64,000 nt of DNA from contig MNCI01002538.1 of assembly GCA_015680685.1 (NCBI GenBank), positions 214,831 through 278,830 of the forward strand, in the 5' to 3' direction. The notes below the pieces were generated by a model, which was not told the DNA's origin, ran no database searches, and saw only the letters and a program-made list of their open reading frames with translations. Of this stretch, positions 25,654-39,009 are shown piece after piece. This stretch comes from Gnetum montanum (lineage: Eukaryota > Plantae > Gnetophyta). Positions within the stretch are counted from its first letter, which is position 1, and every line of letters starts with the position of its first letter. The translations under genes were made by a program, and so were the position numbers.

Positions 25654-28144
25654 ATGGGTTTCTTAGAAAATGATTTTCCTCCTCCTCACTCTGGTGAAGA
25701 GGATAGGCATCAGGGCCTTAGATCAACGATACATATTCCAGGCTCTGATCCCCATGAGCACCAACTGTTCACGGCAGTAACAAGCACTCACACTAAGGAC
25801 AAACACTTGGATCATTACAATGATCGGGGCCGAAGTAGCCGAAGAGAAGGTAAGAAACATCACCATGGTGATGGATCCCCTTCTTCTCCTCCTTCATCTC
25901 ACCATTCACACTCTCCTTCCACATTTGGGCGCAACCATCGTGAGCATAACGTAGAGAGTAAAAGTAAAAGGGAAGATGAAATACCTCGACAAGAAGGTCG
26001 AGAGGAGTTAGGACAAGGGCAAGGACGTAGGGAGAGTAGGGAACCACCACGAAGACATCATAGATGTCATGATAGAGATGATCATGAAAAACCCCTTCTC
26101 GCAACCTGAAGCATGCTCGATATAACAGAGGCAGTTAGGATTCCCACAAGGAATTTTAAGGACAGTCAGATCAAGTGTTTGGACATAAATAATATCCCAC
26201 GTTTTGAAGGGGGATACAACACTGATCCTCAACATCATTTACAGGCATTCCATGATTCCTGTGCCTTGCAGAATATAGATAATGAGTGGTAGAAACTCAA
26301 GTTGTTCCCAAGGACACTCACCAAAGAAGCAGGAAGCTGGTACCGGTCCTTAGAACTAGAAACCATCAGGAGGTGGAGTACGATGCTTGAACTGTTCAAC
26401 AACAAATATCAAACATACTCCAGAGTGTCCAACTTGCGTAAGCAGATCCAAGGCTGGAAACAAAGAGCTTATGAACCCTTGGATGCTGCCATGGCTCGTT
26501 ACTATACACTGCTACATCGTTGCCTGGGCCATGGGTACGCTAAGCGGGATCAACTTCGCCACATCGTGGATGGGCTAAGAAATGAAATGAGAAGAACTCT
26601 TGGGACTTACGCCCAACGGAGACTTTCTCAACTGAGAGCCCATGAAGTTGAAAGCTTGTTGGAGCAAGTAGCGCAAGAAGAGGGTGAGCTAAGAAAGAGA
26701 GAAAGTGTGGAAGAATACAACCGCGATCTCTCCCTTCACAAGAAGGGAGTGAAATTCTGTGATGAGGAGGATGAGTCACCACTCGAGGAGTTGGTGAACC
26801 GGAAAACTATGCTGATCCAAAAGTTAACAACCGAGGTAGAAAAAATGTGGGATTCCTTAGACTCATGAATTGAAATAGTCCTAAAAATTGTAGAAGAGTC
26901 TAAGGTAGAACAAGGTAGTGACAAAGGCAAAACCAAGCGGAGAAACTTAAGCCCTGCACATAACAAGGGTAAGGGGAAAATTCCTATCTCCGATGAGGCT
27001 GAAAATTATTATTCAGACAATGATAGTGGATGTGAGGTCTACTACTATGACCATCCTAAGGGATGTTGCCCAATTATCTCACATCTGCAGGAGTCTGGGG
27101 TGTATGCATTAAATCCAAGACTTAATCAACGGCAAACACCCTGAAGGTTACCTTACCCACAAGGTAACCCAAGGCAGTTCCACCAACCCTTGACATATTA
27201 TCCAAGTGGAATGCCTCCATAGCCCATTGGACAATATCAGCAGTGGCAATACCCACAGTCATGGGGGATGCCACCGCCAACACATCAATACCCTTATCGG
27301 CAGCCTGATCCTTATGGTTATTATGTGCAGCAGCTAGTTTCTCTAGGTGACTCTATGGGTCACACTACCCCCCAACTTCACTACCAAGCTCGGGAGTACT
27401 TCAGAAGGACTTCTTCTTCTCCAGGAGACAATCCATACCCACACCATCCTCCTAATCCAACCGCATCTCTTCCGCCTCAAGTAGTTCCCATAACACCTCC
27501 TGCTCCAACAATGCAAAGGGAATTGCCTACCCAACCGCAGCAACGTAACGCCACGAGAGCTGTAAGTATTCAGAGTGTAAATATCCAACCAGGTACTAGT
27601 TCTAGCGATAACTGTACAAAGAAGAGACCTTTTTCCAGAAGTAGGAGCCCAGACAAACTCTCGCAACAACAAGTGGATGGGTACATGTATAGGCCTCTAA
27701 CCACTAATGCTTCAGAGAACCCTTCAGTCCAAGGGAGCATAACGCATACGGTTATGTTAACACATACCGTAATTGACTGGATCAAGGTAGGCCACCTTCC
27801 CAGGAAACTAACTGACCCTGGGAGTCCCTTTATTTATTTGCAGATCGCTAGAAATGCACCACATCGAGCTCTTCTTGACTTGGGTTCCGGAGTCAACTTA
27901 ATTTTGCAATAGATGTATCACACTTGGAACCTGCCCCAACTTAAGAAGAGCAACATCCAACTAGAACTGGTGGACCAGTCCATCACCATTCCCTTAGGAT
28001 TGGTGGAGGATGTTATTACCACTGTGTGTGGTTGGTTCTACCCAGCGGACTTTCTGGTGATCGAAGTGAACAACAACGAAGGGGACTTCCCAATTATAAT
28101 GGGAAGGGCATGGCTAAGCACAATAGACGCATGCCTTAGGATCC
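25654..28144 (+). pseudogene. gag: Gag plus aspartic protease reading frame with a few in-frame stops
   Basis: Retrotrans_gag-like LFPRTLTKEAGSWYRSL...W..M.ELFNNKY (26302-26868); Athila/Tat-type PR DPGSPF...ALLDLGSGVNLI...YPADFLVI...PIIMGRAWL (27268-28144). Confidence 0.9.
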
Positions 28145-30394
28145 NNNNNNNNNNNNNNNNNNNNNNNNNNNNNNNNNNNNNNNNNNNNNNNNNNNNNNNN
28201 NNNNNNNNNNNNNNNNNNNNNNNNNNNNNNNNNNNNNNNNNNNNNNNNNNNNNNNNNNNNNNNNNNNNNNNNNNNNNNNNNNNNNNNNNNNNNNNNNNNN
28301 NNNNNNNNNNNNNNNNNNNNNNNNNNNNNNNNNNNNNNNNNNNNNNNNNNNNNNNNNNNNNNNNNNNNNNNNNNNNNNNNNNNNNNNNNNNNNNNNNNNN
28401 NNNNNNNNNNNNNNNNNNNNNNNNNNNNNNNNNNNNNNNNNNNNNNNNNNNNNNNNNNNNNNNNNNNNNNNNNNNNNNNNNNNNNNNNNNNNNNNNNNNN
28501 NNNNNNNNNNNNNNNNNNNNNNNNNNNNNNNNNNNNNNNNNNNNNNNNNNNNNNNNNNNNNNNNNNNNNNNNNNNNNNNNNNNNNNNNNNNNNNNNNNNN
28601 NNNNNNNNNNNNNNNNNNNNNNNNNNNNNNNNNNNNNNNNNNNNNNNNNNNNNNNNNNACAAACGCTCATTACTTCGGATCTCTCCCTTACAACTCAGTC
28701 ATGGGGGAGATGTCCACCTATGCTAACCATATGGAGCCCTCAGTTCTTTTTCGGTTTTTGTTTTACAACATTTTTGTTTTAAAACGTTTCTGTTTTACAC
28801 ATTTTTGTTTTACAAATTTCTTTAACTTTTCCAATTTTTGTTTTACAACTTTCTTTAACTGTTCTTGTTTTTATTTTACACCATCGTTATACTTTTCTAT
28901 TTTGTGTGTGTGTGTGTGTCATCCACCATGTAAGTTCGTCACCCAATAAGTGTTCAGGCCGATGGGATGAACTGTTTTTCATTAATTGCTAATGTTTGGT
29001 TTNTGTTACCCATTCTTCGGAAGCTGAGACAATAAAAATAAAGAAGTCTTTGCATGGTGTGGTCCCCACGCATAAAAACATAAAACAAAAGAAAAACCAA
29101 AAGTGAAGATTCAAAGCATACCCCTTAGATGGAATAAACTGTGGACTGCAAGCATTGGTTATGGAACCAAAGTGTTCCCTCTAACTAAGGCCCTTCTCGC
29201 TTCCCATTCTCTCCTTTGTTTCGTCGGAATGGTGGTGGCTCTTTGAAGATACATCCTTGTTATCCAAGTGGATGATTTAGCCAAATGCATTAATGCAAAG
29301 TCACTGGAAGTGGTTGGTTTGAGCCCGAAGTTGGAATGAGATTCACCAAGTCACATTAATCATACAACACACAAGGGGCTATACACCACCTTGTTCTTTG
29401 GATTCCATTCCACGTCCCTTCTCTTCACCCTTCTCTCCACTATTCACCTCATTTTCGGTTGTATCATTAGTGTATATATTTTGGTTGATGCATTGTTTTC
29501 TTTTTGGTAAATTCTTACGGTAAAGACTTTAACTCTTATTCCAAAGGACGTTCCCAGAGCCTACGGACTCTTTGAATGTGAGATTGTCAGGGCATTAAGG
29601 GCATGAGCCTGCTTTGGGGAGGACCCACTAACATTCCTATTTGGACCATTAGTTAACTTCTTTTCCTTAACATTTTGCAATTAATTTTCAGTTTTGTTCA
29701 TTTCCATCTTGACATCCACTTCACTGATGCCATAGTTGTCCCTTTTTACCTATCTTTCTTACTCCTTTTCTTTCTCCATTCTAACACTACCGGAGGTTCG
29801 CGATTAGTAATGGGGGTATGGGACCTGCTTTTTCAATTTTTCTCCTAAGCCCTGGATTTTTTTGTTTTTCTCCTTAACCCCTACACCTTCGGTAGTCATC
29901 AGCTACATTTTCCCCGATCCATATTAGCCATACCACAACCTAGCCAATGAACCTAAACCAAAGCAAGTTATTATTTACTTAATGATTCAATTACCCTTGC
30001 TAATGTATGATTGTGTTGTGTGTGCAGATGGAAATCATACAACAATGGAATGGATCTGGCACAAACACTTGAAATGGAGCAGCGCTAATGCAGCTACGCA
30101 AGGAGTGGAATGGATAATGCACTTACGGATGGACAGCAGAAGGCGCAATCTTGGTGTTGGCAACAACAACAATTCTTTCTATATCTCTCTTTCTCTAAAG
30201 TTGCCAACAAGGGCTTGATGTCATTGTAATAAGGTGTTCACCCTTGTTATCATGAACACTAGTTTTTGTCAAGTCTTGTAATAAAGACCCATTCACATGC
30301 CATCCCATTAGTTCCATTTCCCTCAATAATCCCATACCTACCTGATATCATTGTAAGGAACTCAAGGACGAGTTTTCATTCAGTCATGGGGGTA

Positions 30395-31470
30395 TGATGA
30401 GACGCGACATGCATAGTGCTGCGATATCGCATCCCTTGCGATATCGCATACGCGATATCGAGTCTCTCCATGTGATATCGCGTACGCGATATCACGGTCC
30501 GCCGCCATATCTATAAATAAGAGGCGACACTCCCTTCATTTCCCAATCCTGGTTAGAAGTAGCGAAGCTTTGACAATTTGAACACTCCAGTGTTAGATTA
30601 ATTTCCCATGTGCCCGTAGTAGGTGTCCTAGAGTGAATGGCTCTTTATTCGAGCAACTTTGTAACTTGAACAGAAGTTGTGTATGGAAATAAAGACGAAC
30701 TTGATTGGATAAACCTTGCAGTACATGGTTTTATTTTGTTGTTATTTATTGCTTTCCTAATGCACACGAGTACGACTTGATTACGAGCATATACGGATGT
30801 GTATGGCTAATCAAGGAATCGACTGCTCGTCGCAACACGTGAGTACAACTTGATTACGAGCATTGGATTTCTTGGTAACCTAGTAGCATATTCCAGGATC
30901 TACGCTTGGTAATCACAGTGGTAGTCCAATGTGTACGGCTAGTCAAGGAATCGGCTACTCATCACTAGGCTAGAACGTGTGATAAGTACGACTTGGCTAC
31001 GAGCGCCCATGGGTGTGTACGGCTAGCCAAGGAATTGGCTGCTTATCACACTTAGGCTAAATAGGTGCCTCAGTATGACCACTTCGAGCACGTGCATTAC
31101 GTGTGGTGATCCCAGTAACGATTAGCGTTTGGTAAGCCACAGTTGCACAGTTCAGGGTGTGTACGGTAAGTGGGAACGGATGTTGACGCTAGTTAATTTA
31201 GACTTAGGTCCTTAGTTAGAGTTAGCTTAGTTTATCAACCCTTTCCCTCATAGATTAGGAGATAAGCTTGAAAATACCAAAAAAATCATATACCTCAGAC
31301 TTGCTTAACCATACACCGTGACACATACAAGCAAGCCTGGGAAGACAACGAATGATTAACCCCAAGCATTTCTTGTGGCGTTAAGGCATTTAGTCTGCGG
31401 AGTTCGACCAGATCGTGCGTACACGCTTGTATTCATATGGTTCAGTGTAGGGGTACCTCGCCACTCATCA
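30395..31470 (+). repeat. 3' LTR (1076 bp)
   Basis: TGATGAGACG...CCACTCATCA after the PPT at 30381-30392. Confidence 0.95.
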
Positions 31471-32450
31471 CATGTAATCATAGATGAGGCTTTTAGGGAT
31501 AGCATTGTGTAAAGCAATGAAACAAAAGTACCCCATTGCTCAAGGTTGGAAAAAAAGTTGAAGGGGTTGTTTGCCAAAAACAATTAAGTGCTTCTTGTGG
31601 CTCATACTCTAAGATGTCATCCTAGTTCAAGCCTTACTCTAGGAACATGATCTCCTAATAAATAACAATTTTCCCCTTTGCCACTTTGTATAGAATTTCA
31701 TCCACCTATGCTTCTTTACCAGAGTAATCTAGAGAGTGTTGGGCATTATGCCTTCACAATGACTTAGTAGCAACTCCTCGATAAGTGCAATACTTTAGGC
31801 CCTTTGGTAGACAAGCAAAGAGCTAATATTTTAGGCCTCCTCACTCAGGGCATCATCACAAATTATTCTACATGAAAACCAATGATGGAAGGAAGCTATA
31901 GTGGTAATGGAGGTGATTCCTAAATTTGAATTGGACTACAAGGGTTTTAAGAGCAATTAATTGCTATGGGACATGGTGGTATAGATTAGGTATGATGATC
32001 TTCTTCCCCTCCACATTGATGATCTTGACCTCTCCTATGCTCGATTTTATAGGTGATGGAGAGGTGGTTTTACCATATTTCATGGTGTCCATATGCATCA
32101 CATGGAAATGACTCTCATGAAGTATTCAGGGCTACCTGTGGCATGTAAGATTATGCTACCTATTGGATAAGGGCTATAGGATGTAGAAAATGTTTTCAAT
32201 GGGCTACTCTCAGAAATAAGGAGTGGCTAGATCCCCAAGTTATCCCTCTTGTAGTTATGGAAAGAGGTGGTGAAGCTATTAGAATAATTTATCATTTGAT
32301 CTAGCAACATCTAGAAACTACAGTGTGCATACTTTTCCTTTCTTAGGTGCATGTAACTAGGGTAGCTAACGAAGTTACTTAGACTCTTCCTAGACTTCCT
32401 CAACCGAGGGAGATAGGTTCATTACTCATGTCTCATTCTCACTCTTTGGC
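31471..32450 (+). mobile_element. L1 LINE 3' portion (continuation after the LTR insertion)
   Basis: Resumes after the CATGT duplication; RNase H-like C-terminal motif VHVTRVANEV near 32347-32376. Right boundary approximate. Confidence 0.6.
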
Positions 32451-33105
32451 AAGCTATGTAAATGCTACAACCACTATGATGGTGCTACCTTTGGAAAACA
32501 TTATTGAATGTCACCTAAGAGCCCTAGTAGTAACAATATGAGAGGGTAGACTCAAGGTGGACTACACCTTAATTCTTAACACCTTGTGTCACAACATAGC
32601 ATACAATTCATTAACTAATGATTAGATGAGTTATTAAAATCATAAGCATTAATTATGCAATCAAACCAACCTAGTTTATGCATACATACACATACATAAT
32701 AGGAACAAAATAGATAAAATTTCTTAGAAGGACTATGATACATTCCTATAGTAATGCATCTAGTCTTAAGCCTAACCTCAAAAAGAGGTTGGTGGCTCAA
32801 GCATTGAAGACAAAGCTCGTTTTCAAGCCCACATATCTAGCCATCTAATAGAGGCTTATACCTAGTTTTAGAAAGAAGTGGTTTATTTTTTTTCATTTAA
32901 ACTGTACTAGCCGTTCTACCTAGAGTGAAATCTACTTGATTGTCATGTAATATGGTCCTTTATCTCTGGTTATGAAATGAGAGAGCAGAGCTAATTCTTC
33001 TGCAACCAAAGAGAGGCTATTTATACCTTGGAGAAACCACTTCCAATGTCTAGTGATAGCCTTTCACTAGCATGTGCAGGGATCTTGGGGTTTAGTCTCA
33101 CTGTG

Positions 33106-33959
33106 TGATACGCAACAAGTATCCCCTACACCCAACCATACAAATCACTAGGGTGTATGTTTAATTTGGTCAAATTTTGTGGACTTTATTTATCTAAATG
33201 ATCAATATTCTTACATAGTAAAATATATAGCCATTAATTGTTGTCTTCCAAATCAACACTTATGTTAATCCATGCATATTTATACTTTTTATTTCTTTCT
33301 CTGCTTCTTAAATGATTAAGTGAATAAAGATTTAATATTTAAATTAAATAACTACTTGACTACTTAATTAACTAACTAGCCTAAATGTGAAGTATTCATT
33401 TCCACTTTCTATACACATCCTAAACATATACTAATGTTGGTGGATTACCAAGTGTTTACTATTGGATGTACCAAGTATCCACTATTGGGATTACCAAGTG
33501 TTAATATATTATGCTTGAAGTGGTCATACTCATGTTGCTTAAAAATGATAATTTTAATTGATTAATATTAAGAATGTAAATTTCATAAAAAGTAAATTAT
33601 TGAAAAGTAAAGTTATGCTAATCCAAGTGCTATAATGGATTGAACAAATCTTGATTTTATTTCTGCTCATACGATTGTGTCCAGGTACATGTGCACTTGA
33701 ATAAAATCACATAAATCTACATTTTGGGCACTCAGTGGTAAAAATATTCTAACTTCTATGGGATGAAACTACAAGATTTTTGCTAAGGGAATGGCTAAAA
33801 TATGCCATAAATTTGATGGGTGTGTACATTTATATAGGCAATGATTACATCACTGATGATGGACCTACATCAACACATCCTTAGATTCATCAATGGGGCT
33901 ACATCAATGAGCATGCATCAATGTAGTCACCTTATTGATAATTTATTATACGTTCATGA
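33106..33959 (-). mobile_element. Old LTR (probably solo) of the Athila-like family
   Basis: Reverse complement ends GTATGGTTGGGTGTAGGGGATACTTGTTGCGTATCA and contains the U5 motif (33388-33534); the end near 33959 is approximate. Confidence 0.75.
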
Positions 33960-35402
33960 CTAATTGAAAACTCATCCTTGAGTGAAGAAAAATGAGATTG
34001 AGTTTCTTACAAAATTTGGGGAAGTATGGAACTTTATTGATTGAATGATTTACTTTGAGTGCTATATTGTACAATTTACAAAATTAATGCAAATTAAAAA
34101 AAAATTGAACACTTTGAAAAAAATAGTAAGATCTTGCTAAATAGATGCAAGAGGAATAATTTTATTCATACAATGCCTAAAGGTGGTGGCTCCTATGACT
34201 CTAAGGATCCTTCATCACACCCTAATGCTGGAGGTTAAAGTTATACTATTTCTACTGTTGGAAATTAGAAGGCATCTAGGAGTGACTTCATTTTCTCCTC
34301 TTTGCTCTATGGATTGTAGATGGTCACAGTTACTTCACATACATTAGCTAATGGTGGGATATCCCATGGGCATGGTAACTAAGGAAACATTTTCTTCATG
34401 TTGATGAACCAATTTGTGAATGTTTTACATTCAACATCGAATATTCTGACAAGATTCTACAACTGCTAGTAGTCATTCATCTTCTTAGCCATGTTCTCAG
34501 CAACATATTGTTGATTCATGAATATGATTATGAGAACTACAAGCTTTGTGTTAGCTATTTTAAACTTTTATTTTGCATCCTTATGGAGATTTCACTCCAC
34601 CTCATAAAGGAGCTACCACTTTGTAAGTACATCATCATTTAACTACCTATGGTGTCTACTAGGTTGATTGCATACTTACGCATTAGTTCTCATTTAATGT
34701 TTTAGATGTTCTCGATACTCATGGATCAAACATGTTATATAGCTTGTTCTATGTGGTTTACTTAGTATTCATATAACCTCATAATTAATGAATACCATGT
34801 GTTACATTATGCATGCAGGACTAGTGATTGCTAAGGCATAGTTCATCTTGAGCTCGTTTTGAATTGTTTATTTGAATTGAGACTCATGGGTGGTGTTGAA
34901 TGGTGCTTTCCCAAAGAAGGATTGTTACACTTGGAATCAATCCACAAGTTGTGTGTTATGTGTTTGATTTGTGATTCATTACTTAACCTTTTATGAGACA
35001 TGACACCCAAAAAGAAGGGAAAGGAAGGCTTCAATCTTAGTGGGGCTCCTACTAGCTTTGATGCTTGTGATGATATGAATGAACATGTGCATGATCAAAT
35101 ACATGTGGTGACATCTAAATCTAAAAAATCAATGATGAAGAAAAAAATATCTAGAAGCTTAAATCTCTTGATAAGGTATAAAAGTTGTGGGGACAACTCT
35201 TTGAAATTGATAATATGATCCTTAGTCACCTACCAATGGCTAACAAGGTTAGGATGGTCCATCATCTTGTTTTCAAGTTAGACGTTTTGTATCTTCAGAA
35301 GCTTAATTTTGATATAAAGCACAAACTTTATTTTCCCAAAATTTTGTGCTTTAAAATTGAGTTGAAAAGATGGTAAATGTTATTAACAATGTTTAAGTCT
35401 CA

Positions 35403-36030
35403 ATGAGTGACATCCTAAAAAGGATGCTTATCGTAGGGAGACAAGTGGAAAAGCTTGAGCTAAAGAATGAGAAACTTGAAGATCAAGTAGTAGTTCAAGC
35501 TAAGGCTATGACATCTAGTTCTGGGTGGTCTAGCCAAAATTTCCAAGCTAAAGAATCCAATATTTATAAGGGCAATCAAGATGACAAAATCTTTGATACC
35601 TTCATCTTTGAGATGGAGTTCTTTCCTGAAATGAATGATTACCCTAAGGAAATAAGAATCAACATCACAACTCAATTTTTGGGAGGTGTTGCTTAGCCTT
35701 GGTGGCTTGGTATTTTGCATGAAATGAAGTTGGGGTCAATTCATTGGGTAATGAATACTTGGAAGGATATTAAGTTTACTCTTACTGAAAACATTCACTT
35801 GGGCACTTCAATTGATCAAGCATGGGTGAAGTTGAAAGAATTCCAACAAACTGGTAAGTTTGAGGATTGCCTACAAGAATAGTAAGAAAGTTGTGGATGA
35901 GGAAAAAAAGTTTTGTCTCTTTCTAAATGGCCTAAAACCATGGGTCCAACAAGAGATTAAGTTTCATAAGATTACTAAGTATAGAGAAGCACTAGAGTTG
36001 GCAACTAGTTTAGTAATTAATATGAAGTCC
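35403..36030 (+). pseudogene. gag: Ty3/gypsy gag fragment of a different lineage
   Basis: YKGNQDDKIFDTFIFEMEFF...FLGGVA*PWW...KLKEFQQTG...FLNGLKPWVQQEI. Confidence 0.75.
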
Positions 36031-36399
36031 TAGAAATAGGAGAAAAATGAAGTTGATGTAGCTCCTTATGGAAATAGGTCAAGTTGTGAAATTAGTGGAT
36101 TAGGAGATAAAAACGTTTGGGGTGGGTTTTAGGGAACTTGTCCTATCATTACCTCTAGTCCTTAGGCATCATACCAAGGATTTGGGAAGTGACAGGCTTC
36201 TAAGGATCATGAGCAATTTGGAGATAAGCGATCATGGGATGTTTTATTTCTATGTGCTAAATTTCTAGCATCCTTATTTTCTTCTCTTCCATTCCTAGAA
36301 AGCTCTACATCTTCATCTTCTTTTAATGAGCCTCCATGTTTATGTCTCACATGAAATGGTAGTAGCACCTTGATTGTGGGCTTCCTCCTCTTAAGCATA

Positions 36400-36694
36400 C
36401 TAATATTTAGTTGGAGTTAGTAAAATAATCATACACATACCCCATGAAATAGGTATGTACTATAATCACTTATATTGCAAAATGGTCATATCCCATTGAT
36501 TTTATAGTTCTTAGATCAGAATATAAGATGGAAGAGGATCTTCCTATTATCATGGAAAGAGCTTGCTTAAGCACTACAAATCCTAACTTGGCTTTCTAAG
36601 AAATCTACCTCAAGCTTGGTAGAAGGCATGAGACTAAGGATAAATTACAAGAGAATAACCTATGATCCTTATTAGTGTTGTTGCATTATGCACT
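36400..36694 (+). pseudogene. Athila-like protease C-terminal remnant (host of the Tat insertion)
   Basis: WSYPIDFIVL...DLPIIMERACLSTT, homologous to 28030-28140. Confidence 0.7.
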
Positions 36695-37816
36695 TGTTGA
36701 TGCATAAATTTTGGTCACATCAACACTAGGAAAGAAAACTCGTTTTAGGAGACTATTGCCTAGGGCGCCTCCCATATGGGTATGGAGACCCAAGAATAGT
36801 CTTAGCTAGATAGGGCTACATGGCCTTTTGCAAATAATAAACAAGAAAGAAATCTAGAATTATATAATTGTCTTCAATATAAATAGGTAATTAAAAGAAT
36901 TGAATTTTCCTTGGTCCCACTAACATTGCTGATCCGTGACTGTTGATGGTATCCATTGCTGGGCAAGAAGACTGTGATCACCATGAGAGAGGGAGAGAGA
37001 GAGAAAGAGATTATCCACTGTAGTCCACATAGGGTAGCAACTGTAGTTCTTAAAGCGTGCTACCGTATGCCACCTTTTGTGCACTTCCGTAGAGAGGAAG
37101 ATTGTTCACCCATGTCTACACCACCATGACAAGATCCTGTCATCATTGAGAAGACTTGCAAGGATCCAATTTTGAGCTACTAGCTCCTACCTTAGACCCT
37201 TCTCAAAGATCAACTAGAAGCCTCTAAAGAAAAGAAAAGAAAAGAAGAAACTGCTGCTTAGTGGAGAGGAAGCTGCCCCTTTAGATTGATAGCCAGAGCC
37301 TATTTGGGACTCCATCACCCCCAATTCCTCTCTAAAAGTCCCCCCTCTAGATTGATTTTATAGCCACTGCGGCCATCCATAATGATGTCTACATTCTCTA
37401 ATTTAAGTGCCCACTATGTCCATAACTTCCAAAACATCTGCCATTAATGTTTGAAACCACCACCACTAATGATCATAACTGCCACCATTAATGATTGTAA
37501 CTATCATCATTAATGATTGTAACTATCGTCATTAATGATTGTAACTATTGTCATTAATGATTGTAACTATTACCATTAATGCTTATAACTATTGCCATTA
37601 ATGATTGTAACTGTTACCATTAATGATTACAACTATTGCTATTAATGATTGTAACTATTGCCATTAATGATTGTAACTGTTACAATTATTAATGACCACC
37701 ACCTAATAGTTTAAACGCCAACTACTCGCATGATTTTTATTGTGGTTATTAAGAGAGAGAGATAGAGACGTTGATAATCATGGCCCCATGAGAGCATGGG
37801 AGTGTTGACATCAACA
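36695..37816 (-). repeat. 3' LTR of the Tat-type element
   Basis: Homologous to 45588-46739; preceded on the minus strand by GTTTGGAGGCTAAG (37830-37817), a decayed PPT. Confidence 0.92.
37440..37700. repeat. 22-bp tandem array (CATTAATGATTGTAACTATTGC) in the LTR
   Basis: About 10 units; equivalent array at 46340-46620. Confidence 0.93.
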
Positions 37817-39009
37817 CTTAGCCTCCAAACTTTTAATTACATGCTAGTGAAAGGAACAAGACCATAGAATCTTTAAAATGATGCAAAAGGTAGGGATTCA
37901 CAAACATCACAAAACAAGCAAATGGAAACTTGAAAGTAAACTAAACATGATTAAAATAACCATATAATCAAAGGAGAACTAAGCATGGGCCACCCAAACC
38001 ACACCATCTTATTTAATTAAAATCAAAATATATAATTTTATAATTTTATAATTTTAACTACATATATCTATATATAATTAAAATATAATTATGATTTCTT
38101 TCCCAATCTTCTTACAAAGTAAAAGCCAACAGCATGAAGACTACTTTGAGCAGATGACCCATACTAAACTTAATGAGAAGGACAGGCTCATATTAGATTG
38201 TGGCTAGTCACAAATTTCAGATTTTTCCTTGGAAATTTTTTTTTAGGAAAATTTGCCCATGGTGTACTTCATTCTTAAGGTAGGAATTCTAGCATGAGTC
38301 TGGCCAATTAGCTACACTACCAGTGAACATGGTCCTCATTCCTTTTTTTTTTGAGAAAACTTTGCCCATGGTGTAGTTCAACCCTCATGTATGTACCTTT
38401 AATTACAATTTGATAGCATCATAGTAGGTCTCCTGGGTGGCTAAGGGTTCTCAAGTGAAGATAAATACACTTCTCCCCATTATTCATAGGGTAACCATGG
38501 ATCATCACTCTTGAGGGCTAGGGCTTATGAGAGGGAAAATGGGATTTTCCAAGGTCACCTAGTGATTATGGCAAACCATTTTCCAATATCACCTATCCTA
38601 CACTCACATGATCATGATGATTACATGATAAGTTAGCAAAAATCTAATGCTCCATAATCCAACATAACTATAGAAACTAAAACCTTGAGAAAGACTAGGA
38701 AGAATCAAAGCATTATTAAAATATATAGTATAAAAGAGATTTTATGTAATAGTAATAAGAAATATTATATAAAGCATTATACTCACATTATTTTTAGATG
38801 GTTTTTTGATGACCCAACACCTAGTAACTCAAAAGACCATAATGATTATTAAAATCATATGCAAAGAAAAAATCAAAACAATATGCCAAGAAAGAAATGA
38901 CAGAAGTGTAAAGAAAATATGCAAATGCAACTATATACAAATGAAATGCATCGTGAAGAGGAAGAAAATATGCAACTAAGAATCTACTATTTGTACACGT
39001 GGGGCACCT

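Larger units (their letters stand above)
24161..31470 (+). mobile_element. Young Athila-like LTR element, apparently non-autonomous (gag-PR), inserted in the LINE
   Basis: TGATGAG...CTCATCA termini, perfect CATGT duplication (24156-24160, 31471-31475), LTRs collinear at a constant 6234-bp offset, PPT CAGTCATGGGGG before the 3' LTR; two N gaps (25128-25326, 28145-28658). Confidence 0.93.

Noticed and set aside
28038-28782. Long ORFs spanning 28145-28658 (and 25061-25396)
   Set aside because: Length comes from assembly N gaps.
31330-31350. CCTGGGAAG resembling 5S rRNA box C (Cassandra-like LTR)
   Set aside because: Only about 9 bp match; no box A or intermediate-element homology visible.
37440-37700. 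Regular repeats resembling a CRISPR array
   Set aside because: Head-to-tail 22-bp tandem units without unique spacers, inside plant LTRs; no cas genes.
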